The notes below the pieces were generated by a model that did no database searches, was not told the DNA's origin, and worked only from the letters and a program-made list of their open reading frames with translations. The translations under genes and the position numbers were made by a program. DNA of 63,830 nt, filler included, from Welwitschia mirabilis (taxonomy: Eukaryota), in assembly GCA_051453625.1 (NCBI GenBank). It is 8 parts of one record of this genome, joined end to end, with 100 filler letters (N's around TTAATTAATTAA, not from the genome) between each part and the next. Parts side by side here need not be neighbours in the genome. Positions count along the whole stretch, not along the records: positions 24,537 to 29,952 come from JBOZIK010000001.1; positions 30,053 to 33,076 come from JBOZIK010000001.1; positions 33,177 to 37,185 come from JBOZIK010000001.1; 5 more parts are not named here. One strand, written 5' to 3'. Positions 24,537-37,285 of this stretch are shown here, one piece after another (the stretch's first letter is position 1; the number at the start of each line of letters is the position of its first letter).

Positions 24537-27118
24537 ATAGCATTAATCAAATATAACACAAGTCATAGAAGAGATAAGATGATTTAAGGAAAGACAACAT
24601 CTTATTTAATAAATTTAATATCTTATAAATATCTTAATAGGGCACTAACTCCTCAATGTTAAAAACAAAGCCTAATCACTAAGAATGATCAATCCTAATG
24701 CTTAAATGGATCTTCAACACCTTATATTCCTTTTTCACCAATTCTCAAATGCCAAAAATTATTAAATAATGCTAAATAAGGGGTTTATATAGTTTTCTTA
24801 GGGTGGTTATGGGTCTAGAAGATTGATATAGGTGAAGAGGCATCATTAGGCATAAACTATACCTTAATTAACTCAGTTAGGGATAAGTTATGATATTATT
24901 ATGTTATTATTGTCATTGGGATGACATACGGCATGACACCCCTTCATCATCCAATCACAAGTTTCTATGTTAGGAGATCGTTATCATTTGAATTTGAACT
25001 ATAACAGATNNNNNNNNNNNNNNNNNNNNTGGATGACATAGGGCATGATAGCCATGTCAGATTATCAACTCATCATTACTTAGCATTGCCTAGTTAACAA
25101 CTCCATAGCATTTTTTGAGTGTTGTCCTAGCCTTTATCATGATGACAGCATGAGGCATGATAGCCAATTCTTTAATTTTTTCTTCCAATCTTCACTTTAA
25201 TTTTTTTTGGTTGAATTCCTACTCTTATAAATGAAAATATAGTAATTAAGATCAAAATTGAGTTATTATATTACTTTGTGATAAAATTCCTAAAAGTGGC
25301 TAACTTAAGTTCCTATTCCTTGCAAAATATAGGCAATTACACTATTAATATGTGATAAATTGGTATTGCAACATAGCCCTCCACCTAGTGTTTTATTAGT
25401 CCCTTGACAAAAATAGTGAAATAGAACTTCATGATGCAAATTTAATAGGGAAAGAAGGCCTTAAAATACAATTAGAAATCTTTTGGCATGTCTTTACAAA
25501 CTAGTAATTAAGATAAAAAATTCATCATAAAATAAGCATCATATAAACATCAACAACCAATTCAAGAACAATGTGCATGAGTACAATAGCATGAAAAAGG
25601 CACAGTTTCCATATAGATTAGATGATAGGACTACATCAACAATTATGGATTCTTGTGTGGAGAGGGCCAAAACCCAACCTCCATATCAGTATCTCTCTTA
25701 TCACCTGTCTCTATAGGTTGCTTAATGATAGGCTCCTCGATGTCTTAAAAGTAGTGAGAGATGTACTCTCATAAGCTGGATGTAGTCGCATCATGATGGA
25801 TATGAACCATCTCAAAAATGTTTACTAAAGTATTTTGGTAAAAATCTATTACCCTCTCCATGGTATCTCTACCCTCCTCCTCTATAGTACAAACATGTAC
25901 CTCCAACTAATCAAGTCGTGTAATAGTGTGGGTACAAAAATCCTCCACCTGAGAAGGTAACTTAGAATGAAAATCCTCCATCTGTAAAGATAATCTCTAC
26001 TTCATACCTCTTAATAATGTTGTAAGCTGGTCCAATGTGATGCCTACAACTACCTAAGACTATCTAAGAAGAGGTGGAGGTGATTTTGTTATAGTGACCT
26101 TACCAGGAGCCAGAGNNNNNNNNNNNNNNNNNNNNNNNNNNNNNNNNNNNNNNNNNNNNNNNNNNNNNNNNNNNNNNNNNNNNNNNNNNNNNNNNNNNNN
26201 NNNNNNNNNNNNNNNNNNNNNNNNNNNNNNNNNNNNNNNNNNNNNNNNNNNNNNNNNNNNNNNNNNNNNNNNNNNNNNNNNNNNNNNNNNNNNNNNNNNN
26301 NNNNNNNNNNNNNNNNNNNNNNNNNNNNNNNNNNNNNNNNNNNNNNNNNNNNNNNNNNNNNNNNNNNNNNNNNNNNNNNNNNNNNNNNNNNNNNNNNNNN
26401 NNNNNNNNNNNNNNNNNNNNNNNNNNNNNNNNNNNNNNNNNNNNNNNNNNNNNNNNNNNNNNNNNNNNNNNNNNNNNNNNNNNNNNNNNNNNNNNNNNNN
26501 NNNNNNNNNNNNNNNNNNNNNNNNNNNNNNNNNNNNNNNNNNNNNNNNNNNNNNNNNNNNNNNNNNNNNNNNNNNNNNNNNNNNNNNNNNNNNNNNNNNN
26601 NNNNNNNNNNNNNNNNNNNNNNNNNNNNNNNNNNNNNNNNNNNNNNNNNNNNNNNNNNNNNNNNNNNNNNNNNNNNNNNNNNNNNNNNNNNNNNNNNNNN
26701 NNNNNNNNNNNNNNNNNNNNNNNNNNNNNNNNNNNNNNNNNNNNNNNNNNNNNNNNNNNNNNNNNNNNNNNNNNNNNNNNNNNNNNNNNNNNNNNNNNNN
26801 NNNNNNNNNNNNNNNNNNNNNNNNGTCTCCTAAAGTATGTATTACTAGCTGAAATATGGATTGATTGTGAAATATCTATTGGAATAGATATCTCGAACTA
26901 TCTAAATAGAGCACTCCGTAAGTAAGGATAGGTAATGGTAAAATCCTGATGCTGGGTGCTCATCCATCTAAGTCGATGCCAAATGAAGGTAGTCAACTCC
27001 ATCCTCTCTTCATGATGAATGAGGGCTAAGATCTATAGGTGAGAAATCACGGCATGCGAATCATGATGAACTAGGGATATGTTATGAATGATAGGAAGGA
27101 AAATATGTCATAGCTACA
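24537..27118 (-). mobile_element. Athila-like 3' LTR piece (24537-25373), PPT and extra-ORF region
   Basis: Minus strand reads AGGTGGAGGGCTA-TGTTGCAATACCAATTT at 25386-25357. 25650-26115 and 26835-27118 are homologous to 52730-53130 and 53200-53460. Confidence 0.75.
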
Positions 27119-29952
27119 TATTGTAATACTAATTTACAGTTATTTGAAGGGTTTTATGAGTTTTTTTATAGGACTTTATACAGGTTTTAGTGCAATTCTG
27201 AGAATTTTAGAGATACAAGAGGAAATCTTAGAAAATTATAGTTATTATTCAAATTTGATGCATTTAAGACACTTTTTGAGGAATAGATCTTTTCATGATA
27301 AAACTGCGAAGTTTCTCCTCAAGAAAGATGTTAAAGAAGACCGTTGTCCCCTCTGTCATCCACATGATAGGAAGGACAACAACTGCTTATATGAATTGCT
27401 AATTCATTACTTTTGAGATATTTTATAATAGTTTGTCATTCCCCATATCGTCTAGAAACTAGCTCGAATAACATTGACATGTAACTATCATTGAAAGATT
27501 CTCTCAATCGTTGTATCCGTTTCTGAGTGCTTAATGAGTGTGCATAACTGCACCTTCTGTATGTTTATTTCTATTGTATTTTTCTATAAATAAGACCTTT
27601 CTTCCACTCTCCTATCCATCTTCGATGCACTAAATATTCTCATAATAAGAAAGTGAAGGGTGGGAGATCTATCTTATGAGTTGTGAAAGACGAGCACTTG
27701 GTGAAGGGCTGAGTATCTTCCATTGAGATTTGGTTGTTTTATAACCTAGATACATGTTACTTTTAGTATAAATCTTGGTTTTCTTTATATGTTTGTATTG
27801 TTTTCATTGTAGGATTTCTTATGTCTCTTATATTCTAATGTTGTTCAAGATCTCGTGACAATNNNNNNNNNNNNNNNNNNNNNNNNNNNNNNNNNNNNNN
27901 NNNNNNNNNNNNNNNNNNNNNNNNNNNNNNNNNNNNNNNNNNNNNNNNNNNNNNNNNNNNNNNNNNNNNNNNNNNNNNNNNNNNNNNNNNNNNNNNNNNN
28001 NNNNNNNNNNNNNNNNNNNNNNNNNNNNNNNNNNNNNNNNNNNNNNNNNNNNNNNNNNNNNNNNNNNNNNNNNNNNNNNNNNNNNNNNNNNNNNNNNNNN
28101 NNNNNNNNNNNNNNNNNNNNNNNNNNNNNNNNNNNNNNNNNNNNNNNNNNNNNNNNNNNNNAAGTGTGCATAAATACACATCACAACAAATTGGTACCAT
28201 TACCAGGGAAGGCTATTGAGGAGTACAAAGGTTTTTATCATTTAGATAAGTATTTCAGTTATTTGTCTATGCAGCATTGTATTTTATTAGGAGCTTTAGG
28301 TTTTTTATGTGTTGTATTTTAGTTTCAATTTTTCAAATTTTGGTTTTCTGTTAAAAAGTGTGTTCATCCCTTCTTTCGTTCCTACAACAGTCAGGATGAC
28401 AATGTGTTTTTATTTTTGATTTTTTATTTGAAGATTTTAATTTTTTGCAATAAATTAGTCTATGTCATCTCTTGTGACATTCGGATGACTAGGTAAACAA
28501 CATATATTTTTCTGCATTTTTTTTCTTTCCATTTGCATTTTAGTTCTATTTCTATGTTTCTATTTTCTATGTGTGTCGTCGCTTTTGTTGTCTAGACAAT
28601 AGATANNNNNNNNNNNNNNNNNNNNNNNNNNNNNNNNNNNNNNNNNNNNNNNNNNNNNNNNNNNNNNNNNNNNNNNNNNNNNNNNNNNNNNNNNNNNNNN
28701 NNNNNNNNNNNNNNNNNNNNNNNNNNNNNNNNNNNNNNNNNNNNNNNNNNNNNNNNNNNNNNNNNNNNNNNNNNNNNNNNNNNNNNNNNNNNNNNNNNNN
28801 NNNNNNNNNNNNNNNNNNNNNNNNNNNNNNNNNNNNNNNNNNNNNNNNNNNNNNNNNNNNNNNNNNNNNNNNNNNNNNNNNNNNNNNNNNNNNNNNNNNN
28901 NNNNNNNNNNNNNNNNNNNNNNNNNNNNNNNNNNNNNNNNNNNNNNNNNNNNNNNNNNNNNNNNNNNNNNNNNNNNNNNNNNNNNNNNNNNNNNNNNNNN
29001 NNNNNNNNNNNNNNNNNNNNNNNNNNNNNNNNNNNNNNNNNNNNNNNNNNNNNNNNNNNNNNNNNNNNNNNNNNNNNNNNNNNNNNNNNNNNNNNNNNNN
29101 NNNNNNNNNNNNNNNNNNNNNNNNNNNNNNNNNNNNNNNNNNNNNNNNNNNNNNNNNNNNNNNNNNNNNNNNNNNNNNNNNNNNNNNNNNNNNNNNNNNN
29201 NNNTTCTTTGTAGCAGTCCACTCTAATCTAGTAGATTCCTTTTCAAATATAGAAAAACTAAATTACTTTTATAGTGGGATAATACATAAAATAACTTATA
29301 AATTTTTCTTGTGGAGGAAACCTTATGAACCTTACTTTAGATGATGGATGAACAAAATTAGAAGAACTTATGGAGGTTAGTAAGACACGATCAATACCTA
29401 AAGAAAATCACAAGAAGAAAACCCTATAAGTCTTATGAAGAAATTTACAACAACCTTAGAGAATTATACAGAAATAATTTTAAATGCTAAAAATGCCATA
29501 AAGAGAAATATTGTGCAAACATGTGATTTATATGAGGACAACTATCATGTCACCAAAAATTATCCTTTTTTATCAACTTATAAAGAGATAATTCGAGAGG
29601 AATTTTGTGCTCTTAATTAACCATCCTAAAAATTCCATCAAGAACAACATAGATTAAACCCTCATTTCCAAAACAACCATCAACCTTTTAGAAACTGAAT
29701 CGAAAACACATATTACCAATCAAGTTCATCTAACTTTCAACATTAAAATAATCAACTTGTAAACTCTATAGATGAAATAAAAAGAACACAAGAGGAAATA
29801 AATTCCAAAATAAATAACTTAGTAAATGTCTTTTAACTAACTTTATTGGCAAATCAAAGACCTTAAGAAACTTTAGCCACACAACCTTTACCCAATCCAA
29901 ATAAGTTGAGAAAAGATTGCAAGGTTAAGATAAGAAGTGGATAAGAAACAAA
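27119..29952 (+). mobile_element. Athila-like 5' LTR (27119-28188), PBS (28192-28209), 5' UTR and gag remnant
   Basis: LTR runs TATTGTAATACTAATTT...CATCACAACA. PBS TGGTACCATTACCAGGGA. gag FFVAVHSNLVDSFSNIEKLNYFYSG and CDLYEDNYHVTKNYPFL (ORFs 28571 and 29435). Confidence 0.8.
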
Positions 29953-30052
29953 NNNNNNNNNNNNNNNNNNNNNNNNNNNNNNNNNNNNNNNNNNNNTTAA
30001 TTAATTAANNNNNNNNNNNNNNNNNNNNNNNNNNNNNNNNNNNNNNNNNNNN

Positions 30053-33000
30053 TTGATAATACCCTATCAAATATGCATAAGTTTGTAATATAACATATCC
30101 CTCCACTTAGCCTTATCAGTCCTTGATAAAACCAAGTGATAAACCACATTTGTGAGTCAACTTATTAGACAATAATAAAAATAGAATACCTGAAGAAATT
30201 ATCTATAAAAACTGAATTTTTAAAAAATTAGAAACAATGAATAAAACATCTATGAAGCATCAGAAGATAATTTTATGGATCATCATCCAGATGATAAAGG
30301 GGATGACAGGCACAGAAAAGAATTTTCAAAGCTAAAACATTATCTACACATGAAGAACTCTAGTTTCACAACTAAATTAGGAGTAAGAGGAGAAGAAGGT
30401 GGATGCTCAGGATTTACAAGGAGATGAACATCAAGAGATGCTATAATGGATCTAACTATCTTATTGCCCTAGACACGAACTGACTTTGGAATGTCTAAAA
30501 TCATATTTTGCTAGACAGAGATAATGCGCTAATTCATATCCACCATTTGATCCTCTGTGTGTTGTACTCNNNNNNNNNNNNNNNNNNNNNNNNNNNNNNN
30601 NNNNNNNNNNNNNNNNNNNNNNNNNNNNNNNNNNNNNNNNNNNNNNNNNNNNNNNNNNNNNNNNNNNNNNNNNNNNNNNNNNNNNNNNNNNNNNNNNNNN
30701 NNNNNNNNNNNNNNNNNNACCATAGGTCTCTATACCTAAGGCCTCTCTATCTCTCTTAGCACTTGTATACACACATCTTGTAAATAGTGAGCAAAGGTCT
30801 AAATATGTGAGATACGCTACTCACCTATGAGCTTTGATATCCCAAATTATCTAAAAAGAGATAAAAGAAGGTATGGATAACTGAGTGTTTATAAATGTCA
30901 TGCCTTAATCATAGACTTATGTCTCCTGCAAATAAAAGTAGGCAAATTCATCTGCTCCCACTGATAGAAAGCTACCAAAATCTGTAAGTATTCCATCATA
31001 TCGTAACTATCATGAAATGATGGACTGATATAATGAGTTAGTCTTTTTTTTAAAACTTTGTATGAGGGAGTCAGTAAGGTAATATTTACCCCCATCAATC
31101 TATGGTCAAATCAGCTAGTATATCTAATATGATGTCATAGGCTCAATGCTTCTCAGTCCCACTAGTAAATGAATATGCATGTTCCCAAGCCCTCTAAGAT
31201 CTATAATGACTGCAATGTGGGATGAAAGAATAACTATCTTATGGTCTCAAATGAAAGTTAGAAACATATTCTATAGCTGACCAAGAGCATTTGGTATCCT
31301 CTCTATGTACATGGTNNNNNNNNNNNNNNNNNNNNNNNNNNNNNNNNNNNNNNNNNNNNNNNNNNNNNNNNNNNNNNNNNNNNNNNNNNNNNNNNNNNNN
31401 NNNNNNNNNNNNNNNNNNNNNNNNNNNNNNNNNNNNNNNNNNNNNNNNNNNNNNNNNNTAGTTGTCTAAATGATCAAAGATCGTCTGTGTCAAAGTTGCA
31501 GATGCATGGGCTCTGCACACTCTATCTCAGGCTCGACCAAATGTCTTGCCTCCTGCTTTAGAGGCTCAATTATAGCCTTAGCCTATCTAGATCTATGTGT
31601 ACATGGCCTACTTAATCGAGAATATAAAATCATCATGTGAAAAATAGATAGACAAGTTAAAACATCATATGGATGCATAATAACAACCTCTAAATTTAAT
31701 AAAAAACTAGCAAAAATACTAAAATTATGTCCTGCCCTCTTAAAAAATGTAGTGCATCTCAAATTGTCTAAACATGAGAGAAAAATGAAGAGAAANNNNN
31801 NNNNNNNNNNNNNNNNNNNNNNNNNNNNNNNNNNNNNNNNNNNNNNNNNNNNNNNNNNNNNNNNNNNNNNNNNNNNNNNNNNNNNNNNNNNNNNNNNNNN
31901 NNNNNNNNNNNNNNNNNNNNNNNNNNNNNNNNNNNNNNNNNNNNNNNNNNNNNNNNNNNNNNNNNNNNNNNNNNNNNNNNNNNNNNNNNNNNNNNNNNNN
32001 NNNNNNNNNNNNNNNNNNNNNNNNNNNNNNNNNNNNNNNNNNNNNNNNNNNNNNNNNNNNNNNNNNNNNNNNNNNNNNNNNNNNNNNNNNNNNNNNNNNN
32101 NNNNNNNNNNNNNNNNNNNNNNNNNNNNNNNNNNNNNNNNNNNNNNNNNNNNNNNNNNNNNNNNNNNNNNNNNNNNNNNNNNNNNNNNNNNNNNNNNNNN
32201 NNNNNNNNNNNNNNNNNNNNNNNNNNNNNNNNNNNNNNNNNNNNNNNNNNNNNNNNNNNNNNNNNNNNNNNNNNNNNNNNNNNNNNNNNNNNNNNNNNNN
32301 NNNNNNNNNNNNNNNNNNNNNNNNNNNNNNNNNNNNNNNNNNNNNNNNNNNNNNNNNNNNNNNNNNNNNNNNNNNNNNNNNNNNNNNNNNNNNNNNNNNN
32401 NNNNNNNNNNNNNNNNNNNNNNNNNNNNNNNNNNNNNNNNNNNNNNNNNNNNNNNNNNNNNNNNNNNNNNNNNNNNNNNNNNNNNNNNNNNNNNNNNNNN
32501 NNNNNNNNNNNNNNNNNNNNNNNNNNNNNNNNNNNNNNNNNNNNNNNNNNNNNNNNNNNNNNNNNNNNNNNNNNNNNNNNNNNNNNNNNNNNNNNNNNNN
32601 NNNNNNNNNNNNNNNNNNNNNNNNNNNNNNAAAAGAGTGGAGGAAAATAATAAGAAAATAAGTGAAAATAAGAAAAAAGTATTTGAATCACAGTTTTATC
32701 GCACTATTATCTGGTCACATCGTTTAAAAAACATCCCTAGGATGACTCTCAGAGAAAATTAGGCTGTTGTCTACTACAATGTCATCTGGACGACTAGGTA
32801 GATCATAATACATGAAAAATATTTTTAGAAAAAAAAGATTAACCATAAAAGTTAGGCTCAGATGTGATCGTTTAAGTGACAGAAAACAAAAAATCACATG
32901 AAAAACCATGGAAAACTAGGAAAACCAAAGAAAAAAAACAAACACACATAAAATAAAAATCTATGGCTAAAGAAAATATACTATCTAGGTTGAAAACCTG

Positions 33001-33076
33001 CAATAAAGACTACATGAATATGCCTAAATAGAAAAATAAAGCATGATAGAATTAGAACTCGGTAATGTATAATGAA
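30053..33076 (-). mobile_element. Athila-like 3' region: start of 3' LTR (to 30095), PPT, extra ORF (about 30360-31620) and UTR
   Basis: Reverse complement is colinear with about 560-3500. PPT AAGTGGAGGGA at 30098-30108. ORF 30898..31098 LTPSYKVLKKRLTHYISPSFH...MNLPTFICRRHKSMIKA. Confidence 0.8.
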
Positions 33077-33176
33077 NNNNNNNNNNNNNNNNNNNNNNNN
33101 NNNNNNNNNNNNNNNNNNNNTTAATTAATTAANNNNNNNNNNNNNNNNNNNNNNNNNNNNNNNNNNNNNNNNNNNN

Positions 33177-34425
33177 AAACTTTTTATGTAAAATCCTTTT
33201 ATCATGTTTAAACTTTACTTGGGTTTTATGAATTAATTAACAATATATGATATTAGTTCTTTTTTCATCAAAATAATCTAACTGGGCTAGTCTATACTTA
33301 ATATTTTTATCTAAATCCACAAGATTAAGTTGATATGATGCAAAATAAGAATTGTAAAATACATTAAACAGTAAGACACAAACTTTATCATAAACAAGTT
33401 TGCAAGGCAAAAAACTAAGAGAAGTACACCAAGTAGTATGGTAATCTCAAAGTACATCATTAAGCTTAGAAGCCCAAGACTTTTTATTAATAGAGACAGG
33501 TTTTTGAAGCATTTTCTTAATTTATCTATTAGCATTTTTATCTTGTCTATTAGTTTTAGGATGATAAGCACAAGCTACTCTATATTCTATACTAATGAAT
33601 ATAAGAAGTTTCTTAAAAAGTGCATTAATAAAATGAGTATCTTGATCACTAATGATAACTCTAAGAAAAACAAATTTTCAAAAGATATGAGTTCTAAGAA
33701 AATGGTCGATAGTTTGGGCATCATTTAAAGAAGTAGGTATGGCTTCAACCCATTTAGCCATGTAATATACATCCACTAAAATGTAATTTTTATCAAAATA
33801 AGACGGGTGAATAGGGTCTATGAAATCAAAAATCCAACAATAAAAAGGCTCACACTTAACAATAGGTATAAGGGGCATTTCCTGTGAACAAATAAGGCTA
33901 CTGTAACGATGACAAGGATTAGACATTCTAACAAAATCAAATGAGTCATGAAAAAGAAAAGATCAGTAAAAACAAGAATGAAGAATTTTCATGGTAGTTT
34001 TGTGTCCACTAAAATGTTATCCACAAATATTATCATGACAAAGATGAAGAATCTTAGGTATTTTTTGATTGGCACACATTTTCTCATGATTTGGTCTTTA
34101 CACCTATGATACAAATGTGGCTTGATCCACTCATAGTCACCTATCCTATGAAGAAAAGATCTACATTGATTATAAGTCCAATGTTTGGCATACCATGGAA
34201 AAGGATGAGAAGAAGAGACAATGAAAAGCTACTTATCAAGAAAAGAATCATTAATGATAATATCATTTAGAGGAGAAGTAATTCAAGACAAATAATTGAT
34301 AATAGAATTATGATTCCCTACTTTATCTATGATGGTTAAGTTAAATTCTTACATAAAAAGAATCCGTCTAATCAAACAGGAACTAGAATCTTTTTTGGTC
34401 ATGAGGTAATGAATGATAGCATGGT
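33177..34425 (-). pseudogene. RNase H C-terminus and integrase remnant
   Basis: HAIIHYLMTKKDSSSCLIRRILFM*EFNLTIIDKVG, and QEMPLIPIVKCEPFYCWIFDFIDPIHP...YILVDVYYMAKWVEAIP (ORF 33678..33926). Colinear with 17060-18350. Confidence 0.9.
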
Positions 34426-36033
34426 TGTTATTTATGCAACATTCACATCCTAAGTAGAATCATGTTAATCACAAATAATAATGCATAAACACAACATAGT
34501 AATATAGATAGGATTTAATCTGAATGTCATAATTTATCGAAGGCCAAAGTAGGAAATGAGAGAGTTTCTTTTTAAAAGAGAAATGTTGNNNNNNNNNNCA
34601 TAAAAATAAAATGAAACACACATGTGCAAAAATAACCTAGGAAAGGAAATAAAAATGCACTCTAACTTAAACTAACTAAGCACAAGCTTCACAAAGGTTG
34701 CCCTCATAGCCTAGATCACAAAAGAAACTATCACTGAATTTCAAGAAACATAAGCTATGAGGGAGAAAAACATTCATACATTAAAGCACAAAAGAAAATG
34801 TTTTTGTATTAGAAATTACACTTTATTTGTGTTACAAAGTAGCCACACCTCAATGGAGAAAATACCATTCAACCCCAAGGAAATATCTTTCTAGAGCTAT
34901 AGGATGGTTTTCTGGCCCTTTGATCTCTTATCACAAGNNNNNNNNNNNNNNNNNNNNNNNNNNNNNNNNNNNNNNNNNNNNNNNNNNNNNNNNNNNNNNN
35001 NNNNNNNNNNNNNNNNNNNNNNNNNNNNNNNNNNNNNTATAGGATGGTTTTCTGGCCCTTTGATCTCTGATCACAAGAATTTTGGGTGCAAACAAAGACA
35101 AGGAGGAATCAAGGGAGAGACCTCTATTTATTGATAAGGAAATAAAATGGAATAGATAGAAATGCATGGGTAAACCCTAATGGCCAAGCAAAAAGAAAAT
35201 AGAAATATAAGAGGCAAAAGTTTGGTGAATGTTTAATGTGGGCATTACAACAATGTCATTCATCTAGTCCTCCAAATGATAGAGAAGATGATTCCATCTC
35301 ATGATCAATCCACATCATTTACCAGTAAAACCTCATTCAGGATCTAGTTGGCACGATCATCTATACTGTCGTCTAAATGATGAGGTGGATAATAGTCTTT
35401 AATAAATCTTCAGTCATTGTATTAGCCTTGATGTTTGCAGGAAGTTATCATTAGAAATACAGAGTATTCATATTTGCTCAAAATGCTNNNNNNNNNNNNN
35501 NNNNNNNNNNNNNNNNNNNNNNNNNNNNNNNNNNNNNNNNNNNNNNNNNNNNNNNNNNNNNNNNNNNNNNNNNNNNNNNNNNNNNNNNNNNNNNNNNNNN
35601 NNNNNNNNNNNNNNNNNNNNNNNNNNNNNNNNNNNNNNNNNNNNNNNNNNNNNNNNNNNNNNNNNNNNNNNNNNNNNNNNNNNNNNNNNNNNNNNNNNNN
35701 NNNNNNNNNNNNNNNNNNNNNNNNNNNNNNNNNNNNNNNNNNNNNNNNNNNNNNNNNNNNNNNNNNNNNNNNNNNNNNNNNNNNNNNNNNNNNNNNNNNN
35801 NNNNNNNNNNNNNNNNNNNNNNNNNNNNNNNNNNNNNNNNNNNNNNNNNNNNNNNNNNNNNNNNNNNNNNNNNNNNNNNNNNNNNNNNNNNNNNNNNNNN
35901 NNNNNNNNNNNNNNNNNNNNNNNNNNNNNNNNNNNNNNNNNNNNNNNNNNNNNNNNNNNNNNNNNNNNNNNNNNNNNNNNNNNNNNNNNNNNNNNNNNNN
36001 CTTATCAAATATGTGTAAGTTGATAGTGCAATA
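34426..36033 (-). repeat. Athila-like LTR (gapped)
   Basis: Reverse complement is colinear with 3456-4541. 5' end TATTGCACTATCAACTTACACATATTTGATAAG at 36033; the 3' end abuts RNase H codons at 34425. Confidence 0.75.
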
Positions 36034-36346
36034 GACCCTCTTTTCATCTTTGGGAAATCCTATAACTATTTTAATATGCTATGGCTCAATATATATACGA
36101 TGTCCTCCTACTATAGCCTTGATCTAATCATATCATAAACTATCCTCCCTGGTGGTTACGGTGACCTCAAAGGTTTGGTAAAACTAAATGATCTTCACCT
36201 TATAATAAGAGCCATGAGTGTATAACAACCAATCTCAAATATATAATTCCTCTAGTGCATGATTTAGGTTAAGCTTAAGTCTTTGTATATAATCTTCAAA
36301 GTGCATCTCTCTATAGTAAATGAAAAAACCAAGGCTATGCCTTCAT
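36034..36346 (-). pseudogene. Extra-ORF fragment trapped between two LTRs
   Basis: Colinear with 53550-53860 (CCTCCCTGGTGG, TCTTCACCT.ATA.TAAGAGCCATGAG, CAAGGCTATGCCT). Confidence 0.75.
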
Positions 36347-37185
36347 TATTGTGATGCTAATTTGTAGGATTTTGATGGGGTATTTTGAGTATGTTTGTAG
36401 GACATTTATACAAGTTTAGATATAATTTTGATGATTATGGAGAGTCAATGGGATGATCATGAAAACATGAAATTATTGACATATTTGGAAGTACTTGAGG
36501 CATGTTCTAGTACTTAGTGTTTTAGAGGAAGATTAATGATGAGGAAGGCTAGTTTCCTTTAGCTAAAGAGCTTTTAAAGGGTGTTGTTTCCAGTGTCATC
36601 ACCATGATAGTCAGGATAACAGAACCGTAGTAGCCTATTACAACAACAACATGCAATAGAATTAGAATCCAACAAGCCCTCCTTTTTTAAGGAGGTATCA
36701 TCTCCATTGTCTCCATATGACATGAGGGATGACAAGACATTTAGGTCCANNNNNNNNNNNNNNNNNNNNNNNNNNNNNNNNNNNNNNNNNNNNNNNNNNN
36801 NNNNNNNNNNNNNNNNNNNNNNNNNNNNNNNNNNNNNNNNNNNNNNNNNNNNNNNNNNNNNNNNNNNNNNNNCTTATAATGGGATCATGTACCTCATCTA
36901 GACTATTAGGGTTTCTTCTCTAACTTCTAAGCTTATGGTTCTAGAATCTTCAATGTATAACTATAAATACATCCCTTGTCCTCACTTCTAATTCATCTTT
37001 TATACTATATATTCTTCTGATGGAAGATTGGAGGATAAGAGGTTCATCCAATAGCTGTAAAGAGAAGTTTACCTTAGTGTTAGGCTAAGTATCCTCCATT
37101 GAGGTGCTACTAATTTATTGTAAGTGGATGTAAAGTTGATGATTGATTTAATTACTCTTTTTACTTCTATTGTGTAAATGTCCCT
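36347..37185 (+). repeat. Athila-like LTR, 5' part (long subtype)
   Basis: Starts TATTGTGATGCTAATTTGTAGGATTTTGATGGGGTATT, like 39643. TATA-like CTATAAATA at 36961. Truncated by a linker. Confidence 0.8.
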
Positions 37186-37285
37186 NNNNNNNNNNNNNNN
37201 NNNNNNNNNNNNNNNNNNNNNNNNNNNNNTTAATTAATTAANNNNNNNNNNNNNNNNNNNNNNNNNNNNNNNNNNNNNNNNNNNN

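Noticed and set aside
34898..35077. Direct repeat of about 40 bp on either side of a gap
   Set aside because: Near-identical contig ends around an N-run indicate an unmerged overlap artefact.
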